DNA of 64,000 nucleotides from assembly GCF_963921235.1 (NCBI RefSeq), contig NC_086105.1, positions 95,480,001 to 95,544,000 of the forward strand, given 5' to 3'. Positions 25,095 to 37,953 of the stretch are shown here, piece after piece (position 1 is the first letter of the stretch; every line of letters starts with the position of its first letter). The notes beneath the pieces were generated by a model. The model saw nothing but the letters and a program-made list of their open reading frames with translations, was not told where the DNA came from and searched no databases. The stretch is from Mobula hypostoma. Taxonomy: Eukaryota. Made by a program: the position numbers and the translations under genes.

Positions 25095-26401
25095 ATTTTG
25101 TGTGTTACATTATATAATGGTGGAAGACTTGCCAGGAGGAGAAAGATAGCTACCCCTCAGGAATGTTACACTCCTGATCACTTTTTACCTATTCTGTTGT
25201 GACTTCTTCAGAAATGCAGATGTAATCCTACAGCCTTCAGCCTGCAAAGCGTTATACTGTCACAAGGTAGAACTATTTGAATGCGTTTCACTTCTTATTT
25301 GGGTAAAAGCATATATTGCATACGTGGTACCCCTACAATGAAGTAGGACCATTAGGCTCACTGCTATTCATGTCATATTTGTTACAAGACCTCTTTTCCA
25401 TAAATGCTGCCTGGCCTGCTGAGTTCCTCCAGCATTTTGTGTTCACTGCTTAGATTATCAGCATCTGCAGATTTTTTCTTGCTTGGGACTGGATTACTAC
25501 TCTGCGAAGTCTCTCCAGGGATGCCTACGCTGAAGTTTAAACCTTTGCTTCAACGGCAGTTCAGTGAAACACTCTCTCACTGCTCCCCCACCATTATCCC
25601 TGCTTCTCTCCAACTCTTTGACCACGTGCTTACCCAGACCTGCAACTACAGCCATGTATCCTTTCAGGGAACATGCATTCGCGGCCAGCTTGTGCTTTGG
25701 AAATGGTTTACATTTTAGAACTGGTTTGTAATTGGGAAATGTTTAAGATAGAAATCCTACCAGTTTTTAATGCGTTGTGTGGATATAAACATATATCACT
25801 GTAAATAAATTAACTGTGCTTTAAACTACTTTGTTAGTTGGAAATACCTTCTCCTTGGTAGGGAGGGGGGACCCACCAATCGACCAGTGGGTATCGGCAT
25901 CTAAACTCGCCATGGAGAATAAACGCAGGAGTAAACTATTTGTTGAATATTGGGTAGATTCAGTATAAACTCCCTTTACTGAGAGTATTCATGGATACTT
26001 ATACCCAATAGGGCTTAACGTCTTCGTCTGAATTTAAAACTCAGAGTCAGCAAGCCCAACATCATCACAGGCTGCTAATGCTGCCAGTATACCTGCCAAA
26101 TAATTCCTCCCTGCAACACATCTTCTACTTTTTGTCTGGCTCAACACTGAAAAAACAGATCCTGGTGTCCTCTTACATCAGCAACACTTTCCTCTCCTTT
26201 GTTTCTTGTGCCACACTCTACCCACCAAAACACCATAAAAGTTCCCTCATATTTTAATTGCTCTCTTCCCCAAACCTCTGCACAGTGCAACATCCCATCC
26301 TTGGTGATTTCAAACTCTTGATTTATTTTGCATTCTCTTTAAAATTCATCACTCTGCCACATGTCCTGAAACATTTTTTCAAAGTAAAGCCCATTGTCTA
26401 T

Positions 26402-28189
26402 GTTGTATGAAACAGGTGAATTAATTATGGGGAGCAAGGACATGGCAGACCAATTGAATAATTACTTTGGTTCTGTCTTCACTAAGGAGGACATAAGTAA
26501 TCTTCCAGAAATAGTAGGGGACAGAGGGTCCAGTGAGATGGAGGAACTGAGCGAAATACATGTTAGTAGGGAAGTGGTGTTAGGTAAATTGAAGGGATTA
26601 AAGGCAGATAAATCCCCAGGGCCAGATGGTCTGCATCCCAGAGTGCTTAAGGAAGTAGCCCAAGAAATAGTGGATGCATTAGTGATAATTTTTCAAAACT
26701 CGTTAGATTCTGGACTAGTTCCTGAGGATTGGAGGGTGGCTAATGTAACTCTACTTTTTAAAAAAGGAGGAAGAGAGAAACTGGGGAATTATAGACCGGT
26801 TAGCCTAACGTCGGTGTTGGGGAAACTGCTGGAGTCAGTTATCAAGGATGTGATAACAGCACATTTGGAAAGCGGTGAAATCATCGGACAAAGTCAGCAT
26901 GGATTTGTGAAAGGAAAATCATGTCTGACGAATCTCATAGAATTTTTTGAGGATGTAACTAGTAGGGTGGATAGGGGAGAACCAGTGGATGTGGTATTTT
27001 TGGATTTTCAAAAGGCTTTTGACAAGGTCCCACACAGGAGATTAGTGTGCAAACTTAAAGCACACGGTATTGGGGGTAAGGTATTGGTGTGGGTGGAGAA
27101 TTGGTTGGCAGACAGGAAGCAAAGAGTGGGAATAAACGGGACCTTTTCAGAATGGCAGGCGGTGACTAGTGGGGTACCGCAAGGCTCAGGGCTGGGACCC
27201 CAGTTGTTTACAATATATATTAATGACTTGGATGAGGGAATTAAATGCAGCATCTCCAAGTTTGCGGATGACACGAAGCTGGGTGGCAGTGTTAGCTGTG
27301 AGGAGGATGCTAAGAGGATGCAGGGTGACTTGGATAGGTTGGGTGAGTGGGCAAATTCATGGCAGATGCAATTTAATGTGGATAAATGTGAAGTTATCCA
27401 CCTTGGTGGCAAAAATAGGAAAACAGATTATTATCTGAATGGTGGCCGATTAGGAAAAGGGTAGGTGCAACGAGACCTGGGTGTCATTATACACCAGTCA
27501 TTGAAAGTGGGCATGCAGGTACAGCAGGCGGTGAAAAAGGCGAATGGTATGCTGGCATTTATAGCGAGAGGATTCGAGTACAGGAGCAGGGAGGTACTAC
27601 TGCAGTTGTACAAGGCCTTGGTGAGACCACACCTGGAGTATTGTGTGCAGTTTTGGTCCCCTAATCTGAGGAAAGACATCCTTGCCATAGAGGGAGTACA
27701 AAGAAGGTTCACCAGATTGATTCCTGGGATGGCAGGACTTTCATATGAAGAAAGACTGGATGAACTGGGCTTATACTCGGTGGAATTTAGAAAATTGAGG
27801 GGGGGATCTGATTGAAACGTATAAAATCCTAAAGGGATTGGACAGGCTAGATGCAGGAAGATTGTTCCCGATGTTGGGGAAGTCCAGAATGAGGGGTCAC
27901 AGTTTGAGGATAAAGGGGAAGCCTTTTAGGACCGAGATTAGGAAAAACTTCTTCACACAGAGTGGTGAATCTGTGGAATTCTCTGCCACAGGAAACAGTT
28001 GAGGCCAGTTCATTAGCTATATTTAAGAGGGAGTTAGATATGGCCCTTGTGGCTACGGGGATCAGGGGGTATGGAGGGAAGGCTGGGGCGGGGTTCTGAG
28101 TTGGATGATCAGCCATGATCATAATAAATGGTGGTGCAGGCTCGAAGGGCCGAATGGCCTACTCCTGCACCTATTTTCTATGTTTCTAT
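26402..28189 (+). mobile_element. CR1 LINE, 5'-truncated, well preserved (RT domain)
   Basis: 356-aa ORF with [22 protein letters not shown] and KFADD; one TAG at about 27462; frameshift in a G-run near 27800; 3' tail ..ctattttctatgtttctat. Confidence 0.95.
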
Positions 28190-29029
28190 CTCAGCCACTG
28201 TAATAAAATACTATTTCTATTTTGACAGCAACATATACTAACTTCCTGAATGTCATACTCTTCACACTCCCCTCACTTCACCAAACCCCAATTCCCTCCA
28301 AGTCCACTCCAAGAAAATGTCTGCCCTTAAATTTAATTCGTGATATTTTCAGAATTTTGTCTTTTGGCTTCATTTCTGCAACTACTGGTATGCACAACCA
28401 AATGCTTTCTCCCACTTTTCATTCTCCAGTTATTAAAATAAACATTCACCATTTCATTTCCTAGCTAAAGTGGGTATTTCCACTCTCTTAATAGAAGACT
28501 GCAGATTTGAACAGTAGTAACTACTGAATCGTGGCTTCACACTTTGACCGTATTGTCTTCTCCCTACTCACTGGGACAAAATTCTAGGTTGCCTCACACT
28601 CACTCACTCTACAAGACCCAACGCTGAACATATCTGCTCCTCTACTATCCCTTGGTCTCTTCTAACTCACCTCATCACAAGATGCATCCTTTGATTTGAT
28701 TACTACAAAATTTCTGGCAATCCAATTTCCCTTTTAGCCACTTATAGTAACTGACAGATTCACAATGTACCACTTCCCTCACCTTTAATCACCACCCATT
28801 TCCTCAACTTAAAAAAAAAGCCACCTTTGTGAACAATGCTCTTTTCAGCCTTTGCTGTATGAAATCCCCAAATCTGTAATCACTTATTCTGGAATTCTTT
28901 GTCTGAATATCTTCACACAGTGTTGTTTCCTGCATACAATTCTCTCTCCTGCTCAAAGACATCCCTTAAAACTTACCTCGCTAACAAAGCTGTTAATGAT
29001 CTGATCTTTTATCTCCTAAGTAGATTCAA

Positions 29030-29560
29030 GGTGTGGTGCAACATAGAAACAGGGCCTTCAGCCCACTTTATCCATGCTGACTAAGGAGCCTTCCTCAGCT
29101 TTCAATTGCCTCTCAACCTTTCCTATCTCACCAAACTTCTTTTAAACACTAATTGTACCCATCTCTACATTTTCTCTGGCAGTTAATTTCATAATACCAG
29201 AATTATGAGTCTGGTAACATCACCTTGTGAGAAACTTGCCATCAGGTCTCCTATAAATCTTTCCCCTCTTACCTTAAACCTATGTCCTTTACTTTTAGAC
29301 TCCACTACCTGAAGAATTGGACTGTGAATATTCACCATGATTTTGTAAATCTATACAGGTTCAACCCTTGGCCTCTATCCCTCCAGGGAAACCAATCGTA
29401 GCGTATGCAATCTCCCCTTGTAACAGAAGCTCTCCACAGCCACCACCATCTTTACGAATCATTTCTGCACCGTCTCTAGCTCGATCACATCATTTCTACA
29501 AATGTAAATCAGAGATGCACACAATATTCCAGGTGCAGCTTCTCAAAGTCCTGAAGTAGC
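29030..29560 (-). mobile_element. Old CR1 3' fragment
   Basis: Reverse complement of a CR1 3' end (catagaaacagggccttcagccca..). Confidence 0.55.
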
Positions 29561-30606
29561 TGGACTCTGATCTTTTTGTTTGAACACTCATGGGAAGCAC
29601 TTGGGAGACATTTTCACTATGGAAGCGATACAATTTGCCATCTCTCACTCAGGTCCACTCCAGTACTTAATAAGATCATAGCTAATCTGATTGTCAGCCT
29701 TGACTCCACACTCTTATTATGATAGCCTTTCACCTCCTTAGCAAGTGGGCAACCCCTAGTTCCAGATTCTCCCAGAAGCGCAAAGAGCCTCTTCACATCT
29801 GTTTGGTGTACAGTATTTCAATTTAGCTATTCTTTATTATTCACTCATAAACACATAGGACAAGATAAAGCAGACTGAGAAAATTAGCCATGAATACTTT
29901 CAATAATGCAGTAGGCTTGAGGGTACTGTTCTCCAACTTCCCCACAACTCTTCCATTCTACGTATTAGTAAAGTAAAGCATCTGAGAAGGCCTTCCAACA
30001 CACCAATGCCCTTCACTAAATAAGAAACATAACAGATGTTGTCTCACTAATTCTCCAAAGACATGAAGCACGTTTGCATTCAATTCACCTGTAATAAACA
30101 ATAACAGTCAGCTCTCCCAATCACTTGTACATTGCTTTTTGCAGAACACTGCAAGATTTTGAAAGCTCTGCAATCGCCCACCACTTACATTTCCTACAAG
30201 AACGGAAAAGCTCATTTTTCCAAATTATATTCCACTTGTCAGATCTTTAACCAAATTATAACCCATTTCTCTTTACAACAACCTCATATTCCCCTCACAG
30301 TTTACCTAAGCATTGCTGAAGTTGTTATTCGAGGCTCTGAATTCACAATAAACACTATATAAATGCAAATTTCTTTCTTGCCCACCCTACACTTTCACTT
30401 AATCGTCCTGACCTTGGCAACGGACAGGACAGAGATCAATGGCACTTCTTCCAAGTCTGAACCCTGGTTTCAAGGAATGACTGCAGAAAATTATCCGGAC
30501 GGAACGGAGTACTTACCAGGAACCCCCAAGAACCCCACATCACCCCACCCCCACTCCAGTGTGGGTCCCTGCCCGGGTTAGAGTCACGCTCTAGCTTTCT
30601 CATTAC

Positions 30607-30768
30607 CTGAGCCGCGCTCGATGCAGTGGGAGCCTGCCGGCTGAAACCGTGGAAGAAGTTTCTGCCGGCCAGGACAGGGAGCTGGGTCCCGTACACCAGG
30701 CCTGTCCTTGGCCCACCCCAAGGTTGCGGCCACCGGCGGAGGCACCGAGACAACACACGCGACGCCAT
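30607..30768 (-). CDS. NDUFAB1: NDUFAB1 coding exon 1 (mitochondrial targeting peptide)
   Basis: AAGATGGCG start; MASRVLSRCLRRW..ASSAAQ (54 aa, Arg-rich, no acidic residues); CAG|GTAATG donor; CpG island. Confidence 0.93.
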
Positions 30769-30930
30769 CTTGGTCGGAATTCCAGCGTGCACCGCGGCGC
30801 TCATTACACAGCTTTAGTTTAAAGGACGCGCATGCGCATGCGAAACTGCGCTGCCCCGCTTCCACGGTAGGCGGCGCAGCTGAGCGAGGCTGAGCGGACC
30901 GAGCCCGCACGCTGGCCATGCCTCCGCCGT
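30763..30930. promoter_or_regulatory. NDUFAB1 CpG-island promoter with overlapping NRF1 motifs and a YY1 motif over the ATG
   Basis: CGCGCATGCGCATGCG at 30827-30842 (YGCGCAYGCGCR); CGCCATCTT at 30763-30771. Confidence 0.75.
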
Positions 30931-31892
30931 TCAATGTTCAGCACTGATCTTCCACACCAGCATTATTTTTGTTCTCTCCTGATACCTAACTTACAGAAAC
31001 TGATCAGTGCCGTTAATGACGACCAGTGCTGAATTCCAAAGTCAGCATCCTCTGATTAAAGAAATTCCTTCACACTTCACTTCTAAATGGGCTTTTCCCT
31101 GGTTTAGAGAATTTGGACCCTCCTCCTTCAGCTCTGAACTCCTTTACCAGGGGAAGTGTCTATCCTTCAGGGTCTGTAAGGGTGCTTAATGTCAACTGTC
31201 CATTTCCCTCCTCAGATGCTGCCCAACCTGCTGATTTCCTTCAGTGCCCTTTTCAGTTGGTTACAGCTGCAGCTTAACAGTTCCAGAGATGCAGGTTCAG
31301 TGCTGACCACCAGTGCATCCCGACTGGATGTTGTATTGTCCCTTCACATGCTCTAGTTTCCTATCGTCTTAAATATGGTGCAAGCCGAGAGACAGATTGA
31401 TCGCCGTAAACCAGCCCTACTGTGCAGATGAGGGATAAAATCTGAGGAGTGTTGAGAATGCAAGGAAAATAAAATGGAATTAGAGTAAGATTAGTGCAAA
31501 CAGGTGCTCAGCGAACCAAAAAGCCTGTTTCTCTGCTGCCACCCAGATGAAATCTCCACATAGATTACGCATTTGCCAAAGGAGGTCTGGGAAAGGATGC
31601 AATGATCCTTGTTAACATTTGCCCTGAGTAGAACATAGAACAAAGATATCTGCAGCACATTACTGGCCCTTCGGCCTACAATGACATGCCCACCATGTAA
31701 CATACTCTAGAAACTGCCTAGAATTTCCCAACCACATTTTTCTAAGAGTCTCCTAAAAGACCCAATTGAGTAGCTACACGCAGAGGATTCTATGCACTAC
31801 AGATGGTTCCCAAGGGCCTGTGCCATATTTAGTTAAAGAAGCACTTTGAGCTGTCCAAAACGTGTTGGTCTTCCAATGTAAGGAGATATCTA

Positions 31893-33283
31893 CAAACCCC
31901 ATTTCCAGAAAAGTTGGGATATTTTCCAAAATGCAATAAAAACAAAAATCTGTGAAATGTTAATTCACGTAAACCTTCATTTAACTGACAAAAGTACAAA
32001 GAAAAGATTTTCGATAGTTTTACTGACCAACTTAATTGTATTTTGTAAACATACACAAATTTAGAATTTGATGGCTGCAACACATCAACAAAAGTTGGGA
32101 CAGAGCCATGTTTACTATTGTGTTACATCACCTTTCCTTTTAATAACACTTTTTAATCGTTTTGGAACTGAGGATACTAATTGTAGTAGATTTGCAATTG
32201 GAAATTTTGTCCATTCTTGCTTGATATAAGACTTCAGCTGCTCAACAGTCCGTGGTCTCCATTGTCTGATTCTCCTCTTCATGATGCGCCATACATTTTC
32301 AATAGGAGATAGATCTGGACCGGCAGCAGGCCAGTCAAGGACACGCACTCTGTGTCTACAAAGCCATGCTGTTGTAGCCCGTGCAGAATGTGGTCTGGCA
32401 TTGTCCTGCTGAAATAAGCATGGGCGTCCCAGGAAGAGACGTCGCCTTCATGGCAACATATGTCTCTCTAAAATCCTAATATACGCCTCAGAGTCAATAG
32501 TACCTTCACATACATGCAACTCACCCATGCCGTGGGCACTGATGCACCCCCATACCATCACAGATGCTGGCTTTTGCACCTTTCACTGATAACAATCTGG
32601 ACGGTCGTTTTCCTCTTTGGCACGGAGAACTCAATGCCCATTTTTTCCGAAAATTAGCTGAAATGTGGACTCACCTGACCACAGCACACGGTTCCACAGT
32701 CTTTCAGTCCATCTGAGATGAGCTCTGGCCCAGAGAACTCACCGGCATTTCTGCATAGAGTTGATGTATGGCTTCCTCCTTGCATAATACGGTTTCAAGT
32801 TGCATTTCTAAATGCAGCGACGGACTGTGTTGAGTGACAATGGTTTTCCGAAGTACTCCCGAGCCCAGGTGGCTATAATTGTCACAGTAGCATGACGGTT
32901 TCTTAGGCAATGCCGCCTGAGGGCTCAAAGATCACGCGCATTCAACAGTGGTTTCCGACCTTGCCCTTTACGCACTGAGATGTCTCTGACTTATCTGAAT
33001 CTTTTCACAATATTATGTACTGTAGATGTTGAAAGACCTAAATTCTCTGCAATCTTGTGTTGAGAAATGTTCCTTTTGAACTTACTAACAATTCTGTCAC
33101 GCCATCAAATTCTAAATTTGTGTATATTTACAAAATACAATTAAGTTGGTCAGTAAAACTATTGAAAATCTTTTCTTTGTACTTTTGTCAGTTAAATAAA
33201 GGTTCATGTGAATTAACATATCACAGATTTTTGTTTTTAATGCATTTTGGAAAATACCCCAACTTTTCTGGAAATGGGGTTTG
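31893..33283 (-). mobile_element. Tc1-like DNA transposon (DD34E), defective
   Basis: Terminal inverted repeats of about 185-200 bp (CAAACCCCATTTCCAGAAAAGTTGGG..); TA on both flanks; FQQDNARPH..PDLSPIENVW with 34 residues between D and E; first D mutated (WSGES); frameshifts and a 5' deletion. Confidence 0.95.
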
Positions 33284-35922
33284 TACAAGTGAATGTTTGC
33301 TGACTGGGACATCCCAGTTGTACAGTATATGTTAAGGAACACATTGAAGCTCCATACAGCCATTGCAAATGCTTTATTTAGAAGAACCACAGTTCAGAGA
33401 TATGTCAGCACTGCAGACTGTGGGCTGGACCATGTGCAACAGTTTCTTAAACACGAGAGGTACCAACAACCTCTAAAAACAATATATTGATGCTATAATG
33501 AATATTGAGAAAGAATTCCAGGAATTCAACATCCTCTGACTGAGGAAGTTCTTCCTCATTTCATTCCTAAATGGGTTTCTCCCTGATTTAGAGAATGCAG
33601 ATGCTCCACTTTAGTTCTGTACCCTTTGGCCAGGGCAAATATCTATCCTTCAAAAGTCTGTAAGGGTGCTTTATGTCAACTGAATGTATTCACACTACAT
33701 ATGATAAGAAATGTATTTGAAATTAAAAATAACCCAATCAGAACAGGAAGTCCTTTCAAAGGTCCAGCTTGTATAAAGGAAAATGTTCTTTGAAATTGGA
33801 GTCTGGTGTTGTGAGTATTTTATGTCGTAAATCATATGCTGGTTATTGAAAGATATGTAATAAAAAGTTAAAGAAAACACCTTTCTAAAATTGAACACAA
33901 AGTATTTTTCTTTACACATACATTTTAACTATTGCTTTTAAGATTATTAGTTCATGCAATTTTTTTTATATTTCAGATAATATTGGATCTTGTCTTATTA
34001 CCATTTCTTTTACTACAATTCATTTTGTCCTTTGTATTTTGATGTTTTCCCTTTTTATTTCATTATCAACCATAGAAAGTTTTATCTGTTAAATAACAAA
34101 CAGCAGATCCAGTCATCAAGCTGAGAACAGCAAAGAAAGACTTCTATCAATACAGTGCCTATTACAGCCTCAAAAATTTAAAAGCACTTGCCAGATGAGT
34201 GCTTCAGAAATGCAGTCATTGATGTTATATAGGAAATACAGTAAGCTATTCATCACAAATAATATAACTAGAAACCTTTTAGCAATGTTGCTTGTAGTAT
34301 AATCATCCAAATACTGCAAAAAATCCTGTTCTTCAAATCAGAGTTGTACGTGGAAATGAACCTCAGTCTAACAGCAAACTGGAAGGCAGCGCTTCTTCAG
34401 TCATGCTCTACAATATTACCCTAAACGTTTGTGTTTAATTTTCTTAAGTATGACTCAGAGGCAACATTGCTACCAAAAATGCCATAGCCAGCAGCCCAGT
34501 ACCCTGTTACCAGAAATGATCCCAAAGCTGATTAATTTCTCTTGCAACAGTTTAGTGGCTGATTAAATTTGATACTTTGCCACTCCACTTCCTCTTGGAG
34601 GTGTCATTTAGTGTTTGGAACCTTCACCGACACATCAAAACTCCAAGGTAATCCTTCCTTCATTCATAATGATTTGCAAATTTGTTTCAGTAATTGATCT
34701 TATGAATATTGCTCTGGGTTAGCAGCTCTACATCTCTGTGGAATATTGCACTTTAGTACTTGTGGTTGCCATGGTTACATGGCTTGTCCCTCAATTCCCC
34801 ACTTTTGAGTAGGGTTTCTGATGGTCCTTGCTACCTTGATGTGCTGTTTCCAAAGGGAATCTCTGCAGTCAGTTAATTTCCCCTCACTCGGAGCAACGTG
34901 GGAGCTTTCCAGCCACGGTACCCAGCATTCTGTAGAACATGGCGTATGGAGACTATACAATTATAAAGTTTTGATTTGACCAGAGGCATTCTATGCTGTA
35001 CATACAACTGAAAATGTGAGTAGATCTTCGTAAACTGTGGCCAAATAATTCAGAAAACCCAAACAATGATGAGAGGTTACAGAAAGATTAGGTTAAAATG
35101 TTCCAATATGTACAGAAAGAATGGCTCCAAACTACTGCAAGCTAAATGGTATTAAGAACATAATTTCTGCATATGATCCCCACTTTATTGGCCAATGATG
35201 TTTTTATTCAATATTTATAAAGTGCATAATAGAAACTGATTAGCTTTATTTATTAAATACAGATTTGCAACATCATAATCTCTTATTTATCTTATACTTA
35301 ATTAAGTACAGTTACTCCAGGTTTGGAAACAAGTGACCTGTGCCAACTTTTCAAAGATCGATCTCTGTTAATGGGACAGGCAACAAGCCAAAACAGCCAC
35401 ATGGAAATAAATCAAGGCTGGCTTTACTGTTACTGGATAGGAAAACAACTCAGATTTTCCAACTTTATGTCTATCAACAGTGACCTAGAGGAAAATATAA
35501 CCTGCTTGTTTACCACCTGTCAAAACAATTTATAGTGCTCACCCAGGACTACCCTACAAGTGCATTTGGAAAGGAACAGTTTAACTACAGCAGTTAAACA
35601 CAAAACAAATCTTCGTATCTAAACATAAATATTAAATAGTTATGCACTGAAGTATACTGACATTTTTACAGAAATAATCCCAGCAATTTGCAGCACACCC
35701 CTGTAGCAAAATGGCACTGTACAGAACTCAGCAAATCAATCCAAACATTACATTGTGCACATAAACCACAAGTCACTTAGTTCACACTGAAGTCTTATTT
35801 GTCCTGCAGAATTTTGGTGCTTGTCATCCAAAAAAGAATATACACAGGTTTCAGATACAGAAATTATAACCCAGTTTATGCTGTATAATCTTGAGCCAGC
35901 AAAATATTCACTCTGTTCTGCT

Positions 35923-36127
35923 TCATGAGCATTTGTACACATACACAGTGCTATCGTTCTTTTTGGCCAGGAGACACGAGTCCTCCTCTGCCCAGTAAAA
36001 TAGTGACCAGTCCCCACTGGGTTGATGAATGGTTGAGATGTTGCCAGACAGTACATCCCAAAGTACCAGGGTTCCGGGAGTTACAATTGCGGCAATGGAC
36101 TGGCCCTTCACACCTCCATCAACATAC
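35923..36127 (-). CDS. PALB2: PALB2 last coding exon (WD40 C-terminus)
   Basis: YVDGGVKGQSIAAIVTPGTLVLWDVLSG..WSLFYWAEEDSCLLAKKNDSTVYVYKCS*. Confidence 0.93.
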
Positions 36128-37795
36128 CTGATTAAAGAAATAATGGTCAATGAATAAAGTGAGGAAAGCAACCTTCCTATAAATGTGTTATTGACCCAAT
36201 TAGGAAGAACATCTGGATAACATGATCGACAGATGGGTTACAGTGCAGGAGGCCATTATGCTTAACACAGCCCTATGCAAGTTCAATCCAGGTGGTCTCA
36301 TTCCCTGCAAATCCTTTAACTTCAGATGCTTATCTGGCCCTTTTTGATTTCTACAAGTGAATCTTCCTGCACTGTTAACACTGGCAATGTATTCCAAACC
36401 CAAACTATTTATTGCGTAAACACAGTTTTCCCCCTCATATTAATTGTGGTTCTTTTGCTAATCGCCTCCATTCTACATTTATCTGATCTACAAGAACATG
36501 ATATATAGAAAGTGATGTGAAAGCTCAAAAGGCAATTGCATAGAGGCCCCCAGGAGTTCTTATAGACAAATTACTGGTGCAGGAAACAATTAGAAAGGCA
36601 AATGGGGGTGTTGTATTAAATTTTGTAAAACTTTGGATGAAAGTCGGAACAGTTCCAAGTGACACTTTAACTCTTTGTGAGCTTGCAGCATGTGAGGTGT
36701 CTGTACAAGTTAAACACTGTAGGTTCGTTAATGTCTAATCTTTGCAGATAGTGGCTGGATTCTTTCCTGGCCTCAGGCACTAATGGCATGAGAACAAAAG
36801 ACTAAAATGTTTATGTCCCTGTGGGCCTCTCACACTTGTAGAACTCCTATTGAAACCAGGCATGAGAATAAAAGATTAGAGTTTGTACGTCTCCCTACGC
36901 TTGTGGAACCCCTACTTATTGGGGCACCATTCCGTTGCCCTCGGTTCTTGGGACTTCGCCTAGACCGAGGAAATGGTGATTGGTGCCCAGGCACCAGTCA
37001 GGATCAGAATTCCCCTAACAACAGTGAAAATCAAGTGGGTTCGTTTAGGAGTTCAGGAATGAGTGAGAAATGTTGATTCATAACAATCGTTTATTTTGAA
37101 GTTTAGACAAAGGATAGAGCATTTGAAACTAGGTGAGGAACTGAGGAGCAAAGCAGAGATTAAAGATTCAATACATTTAATGAAAAGATAGAGCCTTTGA
37201 AAAATCTATTACCTTTATACTCGAGGTCACAGAAATTCCTTAGATAGAGATAAACAAATTAACGGTTGCACAATTGTATCACGTGGGTTTGAAAAATGCA
37301 AAAGGTATATGTAACTGCTATACCACCTTCTGCCAGTAGGCGGAGGCAAAACACCACATACTGTATTGTGAACAATACACCAGTTTGTTAAAGATACAAA
37401 TCGTCAATAAAAAAAAACAACTGATTCTGATAATGGGTTAACAATACTTCAGGGAGAGAATACAAATGATGAAGAGAGAAACAGAGAGAGCTGACAGCAC
37501 AAGGAAGCCAGGTTTATGCTTGATATCTGACACTGAAACAAAGGATGACTCTACTCCTTTTCCCAACCACACAGCTGGAGAAGCTAACTTCATAGTAAGC
37601 AATGCTAATCCACAAATTGATGAGAAAATACAACTTACAGAGCAATTGTTCTGAAAAGGCTGCAATGTATGCATTTAACACAGAGCCTAATTTTAATGTT
37701 GTGCCAATCCGCCCACAGATATACTGAGCATCAAAAAGCTTTTTTTAAAAAATATCAGAAAGTATTAATGTACATATTGTACAGATGAAGCTTAC

Positions 37796-37953
37796 CTCCC
37801 ACTGCATTCCACAGGGATGGTATATGACATGACTGGTCTACTTTTCCCATTCATGGGATTAACGCCAACCGTTCTCAAAACACAGACTTGTCCTCCAACC
37901 GATCCTTCGCAGGTCCCAATGTATCGATGACTGAGCGTAATGAACAATACTCC
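37796..37953 (-). CDS. PALB2: PALB2 exon (human exon 12 equivalent)
   Basis: 158 nt; GVLFITLSH..VLRTVGVNPMNGKSRPVMSYTIP; AG/GT. Confidence 0.9.

Noticed and set aside
26394-27815. RT ORFs as a host gene or active element
   Set aside because: This is a 5'-truncated CR1 with an internal stop and a frameshift, and no ORF1 or endonuclease.
34100-34540. Possible ancient Deu-domain SINE remnant (also about 41960-42330)
   Set aside because: Too degenerate to assign confidently without a profile search.
36612-37379. Solo LTR with TGTATT..AATACA termini
   Set aside because: No matching target-site duplication, and the right end is explained by a local hairpin, so the boundaries are not supported.
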